From positions 55,118,001 to 55,182,000 of the forward strand of contig OX597818.1 of NCBI GenBank assembly GCA_951406725.2: a DNA stretch of 64,000 bases. Reading direction: 5' to 3'. The stretch comes from Octopus vulgaris (lineage: Eukaryota). Below are positions 1 to 12,420 of the stretch, piece by piece. The notes beneath the pieces are model-generated. The model did not search any database and was not told where the DNA came from. It saw only the letters and a list, made by a program, of their open reading frames with translations. Numbering within the stretch: the stretch's first letter is position 1; every line of letters begins with the position of its first letter. Position numbers and translations under genes: made by a program.

Positions 1-531
1 CGGCACAGAATGCTTTCACCTCAATAGACGGTCATTGATTGGTTAAAATTGCCGAAATGCAAGAAATAAAAGACGAAATATGTTACAAACTACAGAATTT
101 TCTCAAAAAAGCCAAGGGAAAACGTTGTTTTATAAACACATTCTACCAGAATACGAAGATTAAAATTTTTTAGTTACCTAGAAGATCCATCTATTGCATT
201 TCAATCAGTTTTAGGGTTAGGGTTGGTTTGGGGTGGGGGAAAGGTATCTTTTTTTCTTCAGAAATGTAAATAAACCCAATCTGTTTCTTAAACGAGGGAC
301 ATATTCATACGGCACAGAATGCTTTCACCTCAATAGACGGTCATTGATTGGTTAAAATTGCCGGAATGCAAGAAATTAAAGACGAAATATGTTACAAACT
401 ACAGAATTTTCTCAAAAAAAAGCCAAGAGAAAAAGATGCTTTATAAGCACATTCTACCAGTATACGAAGTTTAAAATTTTTTAGTTACCTAGAAATTATG
501 TTAAAAACTGCCGTTCAAACCGAAAAGATCC
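1..531. mobile_element. Non-autonomous TIR element (MITE family F), left end outside window, with internal tandem duplication
   Basis: Ends in AAAAACTGCCGTTCAAACCGAAAAGATCC, the same TIR as the complete copy at 19353-19770 (opposite orientation). Bases 1-180 are repeated at about 310-490. Confidence 0.75.
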
Positions 532-751
532 GAAATTTGAATTCTACGAGAAGACCTCTGATATTTTCTTACGACGCCATTTTACTCTGACGGTATAATT
601 CTTTGATTCATTGTATTTATTATATCTAATGTTTTCCTCGTTGATAATGCTTCAGGCTGTACTTCACTGAAGGCAGCATGTTTGCAGGAACACAGATATG
701 TCCCGGTGCGATACAAAAGATCTCGTTGTAATACAAATACATATGTGTCAA

Positions 752-948
752 GGCGTTGAGCTGGCAGAATCGTTAGCAGGACGGGCGAAATGCTTAGCGG
801 CATTTCGTTCGTCTTTACGTTCTGATTTCAAATTCCGTCAAAGTCGACTTTGCCTTTCATCTTTTCGGAGTTGATCAAATAAATACCAGTCAATCGATTT
901 AGCCCCTCCTCTCCCAAACCTACTGGCTTTGCCAAAATTTGAAATCAA
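752..948 (+). mobile_element. SINE family B copy
   Basis: GAGCTGGCAGAATCGTTAGC...TTCAAATTCCG...GTCGACTTTGCCTTTCATC, recurring many times in the window. Confidence 0.75.
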
Positions 949-1060
949 TATGATTATATATATAGGGGAAGAATTCACGAAAAAAAAAAAAAAAAGACGA
1001 AAACAGGTGGTGTAGACAACAAACAGATATATTAGTATAACGCTCGGGAAGTGAAAAAGT

Positions 1061-1096
1061 CTTTAACGTTTCGAGCCTACGCTCTTCCACAGAAAG
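1061..1096 (-). ncRNA. Minimal type I hammerhead-like motif, family H1 (variant core CUGUGGA), within a short repeat at about 965-1165
   Basis: Minus strand reads CUUU CUGUGGA A GAGC-GUAG-GCUC GAAA CG UU AAAG. Confidence 0.55.
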
Positions 1097-1347
1097 GAAC
1101 ACAGAAAGAAACAAGGAGAGAAACAAGGAGAGAAAATATATTTGTGTAGTGGCTAGCGATCTATCACACACACATATGTGTTTATGTGTATGTATGTGCA
1201 TATATTCATGTATGTCTATGTGTGTGACACACGCTCGCGCGTGAATATGTATGTATGGTTCAAATTTATAGAAAAGCAAAAGACGAAGACAGGTGTAATA
1301 TACAAGAAGCAAGTGTATTAGTTTGACGCTCGGGAAAATGGAAAAGT

Positions 1348-1383
1348 CTTTTACGTTTCGAGCCTACGCTCTTCATCAGAAAA
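1348..1383 (-). ncRNA. Minimal type I hammerhead ribozyme motif, family H1 (canonical core)
   Basis: Minus strand reads UUUU CUGAUGA A GAGC-GUAG-GCUC GAAA CG UA AAAG, with palindromic ACGU in place of stem III and a GUA cleavage triplet. Confidence 0.7.
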
Positions 1384-1436
1384 TAACAAGAGGAAATAGA
1401 GAGAGAAGGGGGGAAACGTGTAGGGTTCAGCGGTCC

Positions 1437-1765
<329 letters not shown>

Positions 1766-2921
1766 GACAGACGGACGGTCAGACAGATAGACACACACGC
1801 ACATACACACACACACAGTGCCATACTCTCCTAGGAATCCAATAGAATTTAGTGTTACGATTTGTAGCGCTAAAGCCGGTTTACTTGTGTACCCCCGTGG
1901 AAAATGCATTCCTAGTGTGCTTTCATTAATCACTACATAAGCAACCCTCGTGACTGATTGACATTAAATCACTAACAAATAAGCTCCAGCCTCTAACCCC
2001 ACAGACATGATGATGTCCTCTCTCTCTCTCCCTCTCTCTTCTACCGCTACTACAACGAGCGCTGCCACGAGGCGCTGGCTGGTTTTATACCTCCTCGATC
2101 GATCCATTCGTCTGTCAATCCTATAGCATTTACCCACACGTCCCTGCACTTATCTATCCTACAGGTCACCGGTCTCAGAGAACTATCAACCACCACCTTG
2201 CCCTCAAGAATCAGAAGGGAATATGTGTATGTACGGGTTACGAAAGCAATGAACACGAAAAGTATGAGGAGAGTGAAAGAAAAAGTGTTTGGAGTTAAAA
2301 GAAGAATGGGCAATGTCTTTCATGTTGTGCTCATTGCTTTCATTATACACGCGCAAGCACGCACACATATACACACATATTGATATATACATGCATATAC
2401 ACGATGTGTGAGAGTGCGCACGTGTGTATATGTGGAAGAGAGGAGGATAAATGAGAGACTAATATATAGGAGAGCGTATGAAACGATAATGGTTTGAAAA
2501 CGTTACCTACCAAATATGAAGTATTATTATAGATCGTAGAGAGATCACGAGCGCCTATTTGTGTGCTAAAACTGAAGAGAGAAATAGTGATTACATTTCT
2601 GGTGAATAATGTTGATATTGAGATATCGTATAATCCGGAAATACATTTAGAATGATTCTGACTTGAAAATATCAAAGACTCTTGAGTCAAACATATTGTG
2701 AAGTCAGGAATGTCTGTTAATGCATTGAATCCGAGATAAAGGGTAATTGTTTGGGGTAAATACTCAAGTATTGATTTATTCAATCTGATTTTACTGTGAT
2801 TTTTTCCAATGAGTCAATGAGGATACTTGTCGAAGTGGCGACATTTAGTGAAGTTATCTGATCTGATATTTAGATAGAAGATCTGATTCGTTCTTTCTGT
2901 TTTTTTTTAAATACTCAGTGC

Positions 2922-3050
2922 CTGCAAGAACATCACAAAAAAACTGCTATTCAGTTTCATGTTCCCGTTCATTGAAGGGTCGTGATCAAGAATGCCCGAC
3001 GAACGGGAACGGGAAACTCTTAGTAGCAGTCTTTTGTGATGCTCTTGCAG
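2922..3050. repeat. Fold-back inverted repeat carrying family H2 hammerhead motifs (degenerate)
   Basis: Arms at about 2922-2972 and 2999-3050 are reverse complementary. The + arm reads UGC CCGACGA ACG-GGAA-CGG GAAA CUC-U-UAG UA GCAG. Confidence 0.65.
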
Positions 3051-3244
3051 TTGTAATTTTAAAAAGTGTGTGTGTGTGTGTGTATATATATAGTGACTCA
3101 AGAGCCGATAGTTTCGTGATAAGAGTCTTGAACGAAACTCTCAGCTCTTGAGTCACTTTGTAGCTTCTGCCGATTAAAAACAAAATATATATATCTTTGT
3201 ATGCGTGTGTGCATGCGCATGCGTGAATATATTATTGCAACATT

Positions 3245-3521
3245 TTACTTGTTTCAGGTATTTGACTGTGGCCATGCTGGGGCACCGCCTTGAAGTGCTG
3301 AGATGACTAAATCGAAGGAAACAAACCTATTACTTGTTTTAAGCGTGATCTTATTATTGTGTCGGTCTCGTTTAGTTGAACTGCTCAGTTTCTGAAGACG
3401 TAAACAAACCAATATCGGTTATCGAGCGCTGGAGAGAATAAACGCAAGTGCACGCGCACACGAAACACACACACATACAGAAGCACATTTGCACGCACAC
3501 ACGGAAGCACGAACATGCACG

Positions 3522-3573
<52 letters not shown>

Positions 3574-3851
3574 GTGCTTATTCTATCGGTTTCTTTTGCC
3601 GAACCGCTAAGTTACGGGGGACATAAACACACCAGTATCGGTTGTCAAGCGATGTTGTGGGGACAAACACAGACACACACACATGTATATATATATAGGA
3701 CGGGCTTCTTTCAGTTTCCGTCTACTAAATCCATTCACAAGGCGTTGGCCGGCCCGAGGCTATAGTAGAAGACACTTTGCCCAAGGTGCCACGCAGTGGG
3801 ACTGAACCCGTGGTTGGTGGGCAAGCTACTTACCATACAGCCATTCCTGCG

Positions 3852-3886
<35 letters not shown>

Positions 3887-4352
3887 GACGAGCTTCTTTC
3901 AGTTTCCGTCCACTCATAAGATTTTGGTCAGCCCAAGGCTGTAGTAGAAGACACTTAACCAAGGTGCCACGCGGTGGGACTGAAACCCGAACCATGTGGT
4001 TGGGAAGCAAGTTTCTTACCACACAGCCACTCCTGCACATATACATATATACATACACATTTACTCTTTTACCTGTTTCAGTCATTTGACTGCGGCCATG
4101 CTGGAGCACCGCCTTTAATCGAGCAACTCGACCCCGGGACTTATTCTTTTGTAAGCCCAGTACTTATTCTATCGGTCTCTTTTGCCGAACTGCTAAATGA
4201 CGGGGACGTAAACACCCCAGCATCGGTTGTCAAGCAATGCTAGGGGGACAAACACAGACACACAAACACATATATATATATATATACATATATACGACAG
4301 GCTTCTTTCGGTTTCCGTCTACCATATCAACTCACAAGGCATTGGTCGGACC
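3245..4352 (-). mobile_element. Cluster of SINE family A copies/fragments (tRNA head plus CORE-like GGCACCTTGGGCAAGT domain)
   Basis: Reverse complements of the family A consensus at about 3245-3853, 3885-4037 and 4060-4352. Confidence 0.85.
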
Positions 4353-4416
4353 GATATATAATTATATTATGCAATAGAAATTATATATGATTATATAGAT
4401 TTGCTCTGTATACCTG

Positions 4417-4815
4417 CATGTATGTATGTATGTATGTATGTATGTATGTATGTATGTATGTATGTATGTGTGTGTGTATGTACGTATGTATGTATGTATG
4501 TATGTATGTATGTATGTATGTATGTATGTATGTATGTATGTATGTATGTATGTATGTATGTATGTATGTATGTATGTATGTATGTATGTATGTATGTATG
4601 TATGTATGTATGTATGTATGTATGTATGTATGGTTACGTATGTATGTATGTATGTATGTATGTATGTACGTATGTACGTATGTATGTATGTATGTATGTA
4701 TGTATGTATGTACGTATGTATGTATGTATGTATGTATGTATGTATGTATGTATGTACGTATGTATGTATGTATGTATGTATGTATGTATGTATGTATGTA
4801 TGTATGTATGTATGT
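4417..4815. repeat. (TATG)n microsatellite
   Basis: Direct reading. Confidence 0.98.
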
Positions 4816-4939
4816 ACGCATGTATACACGCGTGTACACAGTAAATACATTTATTCTATATATGTATGTATATTCATACGGAGACCGTTGCTGGCAAGAC
4901 CCACCTATTACTTAATTAAAAATAACAATCGACTAATCA

Positions 4940-5060
4940 GCGGGCCTTTAACAATAGCTGTTAGGTGCTGGCTCCGCCCGACTGGTGTTTGTAAACAAAG
5001 ATGACCAATTAGAGCGAAGCTTGTATTCGTGTTTCGGTTACGCTTGAAGTTCGGGTTCAT
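4940..5060 (+). promoter_or_regulatory. Candidate promoter/enhancer motif cluster
   Basis: Non-repetitive, CpG-containing stretch with a GC box CCGCCC (4974), overlapping Fox/Sox-type TGTTTGTAAACAAAG (4986-5000) and CCAAT (5005). Confidence 0.3.
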
Positions 5061-7926
5061 AAATTACTTTTTGGATAAGGCTTGAAAAAAGTTGCGTGTT
5101 TTTAAGAAGGCGGCGGTGGAAAACTGGTTAATTTCTTTAAAACTTTGTATTTTTTGGATCATCTAAAAAAGGAACTAAGGAAAAAGGAAGAGAAGAAAAC
5201 AGTAAGATTGAGCAAGGAGAACTTTAATAACAACAACAAGAGAAATATTACGCACACACACATACATACATTTACATACATTTATATCCATCTACATACA
5301 CCAAACACTTTCTTTCCTTCCTCTCTCTCTCACTCATACACAAATATATTTTTTTTCGTCTACGTAAATGCATTCTTTCTCCCTTATATAGTGACACAAA
5401 CACAAACATATATATATTATATTATAAATATATACGTCTATAAATGTGTGTGTCTATCTGTTTAACATCTATGTGTGAATTTACCAAACTCTCTTCGGCT
5501 CAAGTCTGCAACTTGCTCTGCAAGACGGTAGCAAAATCCCCACCAACTCCGCTTCTCTCTCCATAATATTCTCTCCTCAAATATCTTTTTCTTTTCTAGT
5601 TCCTCAAGTCTTAAAGTTTACTCACAAACTCACCCACTCCCCATTCATTCACCCATTGAGACACGCATATATATCCGCATTAATAATATATATATATATA
5701 TATATACACACCTCTATTAATAAGGTGTTTTTTTTTTCAAACAAAATATCACATTTATAATTATTTGGCAAACACACTTGCCTTACAAAAATTGTTTTAT
5801 AACCAAGCTGAATAATTATAATAACTTTTTTTAATGCTATTTGACATTAATATTCTAATAGTTTATTAAATCTAGCTTAACCTTATTATTTTCCTTGTTA
5901 TTATAAATATATATATATATATAAAATTATCTCTGAACTGACCTCGTATACAACACTTACGCAGGTTTATGAGCATATATATCCGTTTCGTGTTGACTGT
6001 TGGAAAAAAATAAGTATTCGGTGCCACCCTAGAAATAATATTTAAATTTAGGTGAGTTAGTCTCTTGCTACTCAGAGTTTCGCCTGAGGGTACTCGGGGA
6101 CTAATATATATATACATATAAACACACACTCGTGTACCATTCATATTCAAATAAAATATATATATACTTTACGTCATATATATACATGTATACACACGCG
6201 TGTAGGATACTCTACTTTATAAATATATACACAATATAAAAGATAGCTATATATATGTATGTGATATATATATACTCTACAGAAAAAGATAGGCTGTTTT
6301 AATTATTTTTCTACACAATTGAAGGTAGCATTATCTAGTTCAAATTTTACCTCTGCAGTCTAACACAGCTAAGCTATTTAACTTTCAAACTAGTTGACAG
6401 GACTTGTTGACTCTCATCTTAGCCTAAACAGCTCTTTTTGTGTGTGTCCCCCTCCGTTCTCCCCTTCTGCCCTTAAGTTTCTCGCTCCCATTTCTTCATC
6501 TGCCCCATTATCATACATAACATATATATATATTATCCCTCTCACTGCAAAAACAGCTCCTTAAAACTACTTTTTTTTTCAAAGGTTTAGGTACTGTGTA
6601 CAACGCTTAACGAGAATTCTGAAGACAATTTATTTGTTATACGCTTTACCAAGAAGACAGACAGACAAGCAAACGTGGAAGAAACGGGAAAATATATTTT
6701 AGCAATTGTTTTGCCTTGATTAAAAAACAAGTCAGAAATCTCTATAGATGTAGACAGAAAAATACATATATATATATACATATTATAAAATATATCTTGT
6801 TTAGTTTCACGTCTCCGCTGTTTTTGTGTCACAAGTGGTTTATTTTAAACTGCAAACTCCAAGGAAAATACGAGAAACTTTGTCGAAAATAATAATTATT
6901 AATTAAACCACAAAAGAAAGTGTGTATATTATTATCTAAACCAAAAGTTACACCAGCAAGAAACTTTAAAAAACTATACAGACATCTATATCGATCTTTG
7001 CGTGTCTATATACATATACATATATTTTTTAATATACATCATACATATATAGCGGGAAAAAATCGTACGTAAAAAAGGTGAGGTGTGTTTTTAATTACCC
7101 CTATAACAAAATATATACGCCTATGTTTATGTTTTAATATATATATGTAGTACCTATATACACACGTACACACAACGGAGTCCGCTTATTATCACCACTG
7201 GGGGACGAAACCTTGTAAGATCACAATAACCGGTTGATCATTATGAAAACAGTTTCGGGACACAAATTTTGATAAAAATAACAACTATCATTATCTATTA
7301 TAATAATAAGCGGCTTCCACTCTGTATGTGTGTATATATGTATATACACTCGTAATATGATTTTAAAATATATGTCCGCATTACCCAAGTATTCTATTGC
7401 ATGTACATGTATTTCTAATGTTTAGTGTGTGCGTATAATCTGTGTGTATAGCCTGTGTTTGTATAACTAAAGGAAGACATGTATTTAAATAACTATACAT
7501 ATTTAAATATGTATATACATATTTACATACGTGTGTATATGTTTATATTGCGTGGGTGTTGTACGTGTATGTATAGATGAATATATGTATGTATACACAT
7601 TGTATAGCCACATGGATATATTTATATATGGCTGTATGTATTGCGTGGGTGTTGTACATATGTGCGTGCATGTAAAATAGCTAATATATATGCATGCATG
7701 TATACACAAATTAAATACTCGCACATACACACACATGTATGCGTGTGTGTGTAAAATAGTTATGCATGTATATACGCACATGTATTTTGTGTTATTGTAC
7801 GTATATAAATGTATGAATATATAGAAAATGTATATATATATATATACACACACTGAATTTATATATCTCTGTTTAAAATAACTTATAACAAATATGCATG
7901 TATCTATGTATGTATATATATATATA

Positions 7927-7954
7927 TACGTACATGCCTTTTGCATGGTTGTAC

Positions 7955-8007
<53 letters not shown>

Positions 8008-8181
8008 CGCACATGCCTTTTGCATGGTTGTACGTGTATATATATATATATACGCACATGCCTTTTGCATGGTTGTACGTGTATATATATATATATATAT
8101 ATATACGCACATGCCTTTTGCATGGTTGTACGTGTATATATATATATATACACGCACATGCCTTTTGCATGGTTGTACGGG
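7927..8181. repeat. Minisatellite: five copies of a 31-nt unit separated by variable (TA)n
   Basis: Unit TACGCACATGCCTTTTGCATGGTTGTACGTG at 7927, 8006, 8051, 8104 and 8151. Confidence 0.95.
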
Positions 8182-8242
8182 TGTATATATATATATATAT
8201 ATATATTTAAAGTAACAAGTATGTATAGGCGCACGTCATTTG

Positions 8243-8280
<38 letters not shown>

Positions 8281-8600
8281 TAGATAGATAGATATTTGTC
8301 CATATATGTATATATAAATTAATGTGTGTGTATGTATGTATATTTATATATATATATTTATATGTGTGTGTGTGTATGGAATGAGGTTGATGTATTATCG
8401 CCTACTTAACGTGTTGTACAGTAACAGGCTGGTCATGTCATTATCTCCATAGCATTAGAGGAATATTGCCTCCACAACACTTCTCTTATCTGTTGATCGT
8501 GTTATTGCTGTTTAGCCCTAGGCTGGTCTTGATCGAGTAGACCAATGATCATAGGCATTCAACTGCCTTTTTGTCTGTGTGTGTGTTTTTTTTTCCAGAC

Positions 8601-8652
8601 AGCATTGTCATTTTCCAAGCTGCCGATTCGGGTTCGACTCTCGGTCGACGCA
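8601..8652 (+). pseudogene. Degenerate tRNA-Gly(TCC)-like 3' fragment
   Basis: AGCAT...TTCCAAGC...GGGTTCGACTCTCGGTCGACGCA matches the anticodon-to-acceptor part of metazoan tRNA-Gly(TCC). The 5' half is missing. Confidence 0.5.
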
Positions 8653-9944
8653 TCAGTTTGTTTCCGTAGACGCTGATATGAGTGTGTGGTTGATAAGTTC
8701 GCTTTGTAACCACGAGGTTCCGGGTTCGGTCCTACTGCTCGGCTTTTTTCTACCAAAAAAACCCGGGTCGACCAATGTCTTGCGAATACATTTACCGCGT
8801 TTTTTTTTTTTTTTTGACAGAAACCTATGGGGCAATCCTTCGGTTTAACTCGACAAAACAATAACAAGACCCGGTTGTTTCCAAAGATTGCCACCTATGG
8901 AAGGCCCTGGTGTGTGTGTTTATGTATGTGTAGCCCTGTAGCTTGACAACCGGTGTTGATTTGTTTACGTCCCCGGAACTTAGCGGTTCGGCAAAAAATA
9001 CCGATAGAATACCAAAATAAGTATCAGACTAATAATAATAATAATAAAAGGACAGTCAAGGCGGTGCCCCAGCATGGCCGCAGTCCAATGACTAAAACAA
9101 GGAATAGAAAAAAGTAAATACATTCTCTCTAGAAACACAATCACCCGTGTTTTTTAACACTCTGGCTGCTATTTCTAGCATATTGAGCGACTACGTCAAA
9201 ATGCCCTCGCTGCTTTCTGATAATGTTGTTTATTTAATGTGAGCGTCTGATAGTATTTCATGATAATGTTGGGATTATGGTGTGGAGGCGCGAGCGGATT
9301 GTGGTAATAATGTTGTTCAGATACGGAACAACAACTAGGTAATCAAAGGCGTTCCAGCCGTGACCATTCCATTTTCTATTTAATTATAAATAGCATATCG
9401 AAGATTACATTTTTTTTGCGATCTTTCGGTGTGTGTACGTATAATGGCGTACAGCCAAGTGAAAGAAGTGAGCAATTCTTGGGTCGTTGCACAGTAAAGC
9501 GAGACCTTATGTTTGGGGAAGTGATACCCCAGGGTATCCATGCCACTGTTGCGGTATTTACCGTTAATACAGTTTAATCTCCCGTCTGTTGTGTTTTGTA
9601 TGTGACGTTGCACAGTTATTCATCATCATCCGTTTAACGTCCACTTTTCCATGCTTGCATGGGTCAGACAGAATTTTTCTTATGGCCAGATGCCTTTCTT
9701 GTCGCCAACCCACACTCGTTTCCAGGCAAAGTAATATTTTCCCATGACCAAACATGCTTTCCACGAAAGACTGGAAATGAACAGAACAGCTTGTATGAAG
9801 GTGATTCTCGCTTACAATCATTACGCAATGACAGAATAAATGTGTAAACACACACACACATGTTCATCGTGTTGAACCGTTATTCCCAACACGTTTTTTC
9901 TCTGTCTTTTTTTGTTTTCATTCTCTCCTTTTTTCCTCTTAATC

Positions 9945-9980
9945 CTTTCTGGTGAAGAGCATAGGCTCGAAACATAAAAG
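9945..9980 (+). ncRNA. Hammerhead-like motif, family H1 (variant core CUGGUGA)
   Basis: CUUU CUGGUGA A GAGC-AUAG-GCUC GAAA CA UA AAAG, followed by the same 3' tail as the copies near 1-1.4 kb. Confidence 0.5.
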
Positions 9981-11011
9981 ACTTTTCCATTCTTCCCAAG
10001 TGTTAAAAACTAATACACCTGTTTGTTGTTCCTGCACCAGGTCTTCTCAAGCACAGCATCTTGCCCAATGATTGAAGAGTACTCTTAAATGGGCCAGTTA
10101 TGCGACATACTTCATGATTGCATGGGTCAAACTAAATTCTTTGAGGCACTTTTTCTATGCTCAAATACCCTTCCTGTTGCTAACCCTTGCCCGTTTCCAA
10201 GCAAGGTAATATTTCCCCATGATTTGTACAGAAGATTGGAAAGGGCCAACACTTACCTACAAGCATTGTGTGATATTAAAATTAGGGTCCCTACCATATA
10301 TATGTATGTGTGTATGCTTATATATGTATATATATATATATATCCTATGTTGGTGTTGGTGCCACGTGTAATGTACCCAATACACTCTGTAAAGTGGTCA
10401 GCATTAGAAAGAGCATCCAGCCATAGAAACCATGCTAAAACGGAAAATTGGAGCATGGTGCACTTTTTAGTTGGTCAACTCCTGTCAAACCATCCAACCA
10501 TGTCAGCATAGAAAATGGACATTAAATGATGATGATATCACTTAATAAATGACAAAAGAACAAGAGTTAACAATCATTTCGTTAACTTTCAGTCGTGGCC
10601 ACCATTGCTAATTCTCTCTAATTTCCTTGTTTCACTTTGTCTTTGATGCCATTGGGATAAGCTGAAGTCAATACCAGCGATATACCATGGGTCATTTAAA
10701 TTAACTCTGCCCAACCCACTTTTCACAGCTCACCAGATTCCGACAGACTGACCAACCCATACCAGCATGGATGATGGCCATCAAATGATGACTTACAATA
10801 ATATTTTATGCTTAACTTGTTTCAGGGATGTAAACAAACCAACACCTGTTATCAAGTGTTGGGGTGGGTAGACAGGCATGAAGACACACACATCATGTTG
10901 AACTGTTAATCCATACACATTTTTTTCTATCTCCGTTATCACCCCGCTCATCCTTTTCTATCAAAAAACCTAGTCTCAAAATGTCCAAGACTTTAACCAT
11001 TCTTCCTGAGT

Positions 11012-11317
11012 GTGGAGGCACATGGCCTAGTGGTTAGAGTTAGAGCAGTGGACTCACGGTCGACGGATCGCGGGTTCAAATCTCAGACTGGGCGATGTGT
11101 GTGTTTATGAGCGAAACACCTAAACTCCACGCGGCTCCGGCAAAAGGTAATGGCAAACTTCTGCTGACTCTTTCGCCACAACTTTCTCTCACTCTTTCCT
11201 CTTGCATCTTGCAGCTCACCTGCGACGGACCGGTGTCCCATCCAGGTGGGGAACCTATACGCCAAGGAAACTGGGAAACTGGCCCTATGAGCCAGGCGTG
11301 GCTCTAGAAGGAACAAA
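11012..11317 (+). mobile_element. tRNA-derived SINE family C, full length, with 11-bp TSD
   Basis: A box TGGCCTAGTGG and B box GGTTCAAATC. TSD TTCCTGAGTGT at 11003-11013 and 11322-11332. Confidence 0.85.
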
Positions 11318-11739
11318 ATTTTTCCTGAGTGTTAAGCTAATACACCTGCTTGTTCTTCCTTCATCTGTCTTCGTCTTTTGTTCAGAAGACATAGGTTCAC
11401 ACCCTACCCTCATGAAGTACATCACTGTGCCAGTGGGGCTGCATTAAAGGGGTTGCTGAGCTTGCTAGAAATAGTAGACAAATCTCCAAATCACACCTCA
11501 CCTTCTTCAAAATGAATGCTACATTGGATGATGTGATCCTGAAGGGTGGGCATAGCTAGAATGTCTCTAATCATAAGTTTGCTTGATTAGGATTAACTGA
11601 CAACTAAACTAACACCATGGCAACAACAAAAGTCCTTGATGTTAAAACATTGGACCATCAGTTGTTGTTAAGCAACAAGATGGGTAAGGGAGATTAGGTG
11701 ATTGTCTAGGGCTTAGGGGCGGGAGACCCCCAGACCTTA

Positions 11740-11845
11740 AAAAAAAAAACTTTGGCCGTCTTGTAGTTGAGAGCTCTTCGTTGACGCCCGACACCACTGG
11801 GAGGTGGCCCTCGAAGTCGCTGGAAAGGGAGATCTCCAGGTTCAA
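11740..11845 (-). pseudogene. Possible decayed LINE endonuclease-domain fragment
   Basis: GC-rich island. Minus frames give SSDFEGHLPVV and RRALNYKTAK, resembling the APE-domain SDHxPV motif and the downstream NYKKA motif. Confidence 0.3.
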
Positions 11846-12038
11846 ATTCTTGAACAGTGGACAATCAGCCTGCTAAGAATGGAATCTAAATCAACCTCAT
11901 ATCCATATGTATGCAACCATGTTGAAAGAAGGATTTTCCAGTAGTCCAGAATAGTCACAACCAGAATGACCTACAATCATTGTGTGATATCAAAACTAGG
12001 GTCCCTACCATATATATATGTGTGTGTGTATATGTTTA

Positions 12039-12420
12039 TGGCTGTGTGGTAAATAGCTTGCTTACGAACCACATGGTTCCGGATTCAGTCCCACTGTGTG
12101 GCACCTTGGGCAAGTGTCTTCTACTATAGCTTCAGGCCAACCAAAGCCTTGCGAGTGGATTTGGTAGACGGAAACTGAAAGAAGCCCGTCGTATATATAT
12201 ATGTATGTGTGTGTATATGTTTGTGTCTGTGTTTGTCTCCCCAACATCGGTTCACAACTGATGCTGGTGTGTTTACGTCCCCGTAACTTAGCGGTTCGGC
12301 AAAAGAGACCAATAGAATAAGTACTAGGCTTACAAAGAAAAAGTCCCGGGGTCGATTTGCTCGACTAAAGGTGGTGCTCCAGCATGGCCCGCAGTCAAAT
12401 GACCAAAACAAGTAAAAGAG
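12039..12420 (+). mobile_element. SINE family A copy
   Basis: TGGCTGTGTGGTAA...GGCACCTTGGGCAAGT...GCTCCAGCATGGCC...ACAAGTAAAAGAG. Confidence 0.9.

Noticed and set aside
212-223. TTAGGG telomeric repeat
   Set aside because: Only two units, and they are an internal part of MITE F (also seen inverted near 19657).
6052-6057. GTGAGT splice donor
   Set aside because: Lies in what appears to be the tail of a truncated H2-like repeat, with no supporting exon.
7927-8181. CRISPR array
   Set aside because: Spacers are pure (TA)n, the context is eukaryotic, and there are no cas genes.
11012-11095. Functional tRNA genes at SINE heads
   Set aside because: A/B boxes are present, but there is no complete cloverleaf and each continues into a SINE body.
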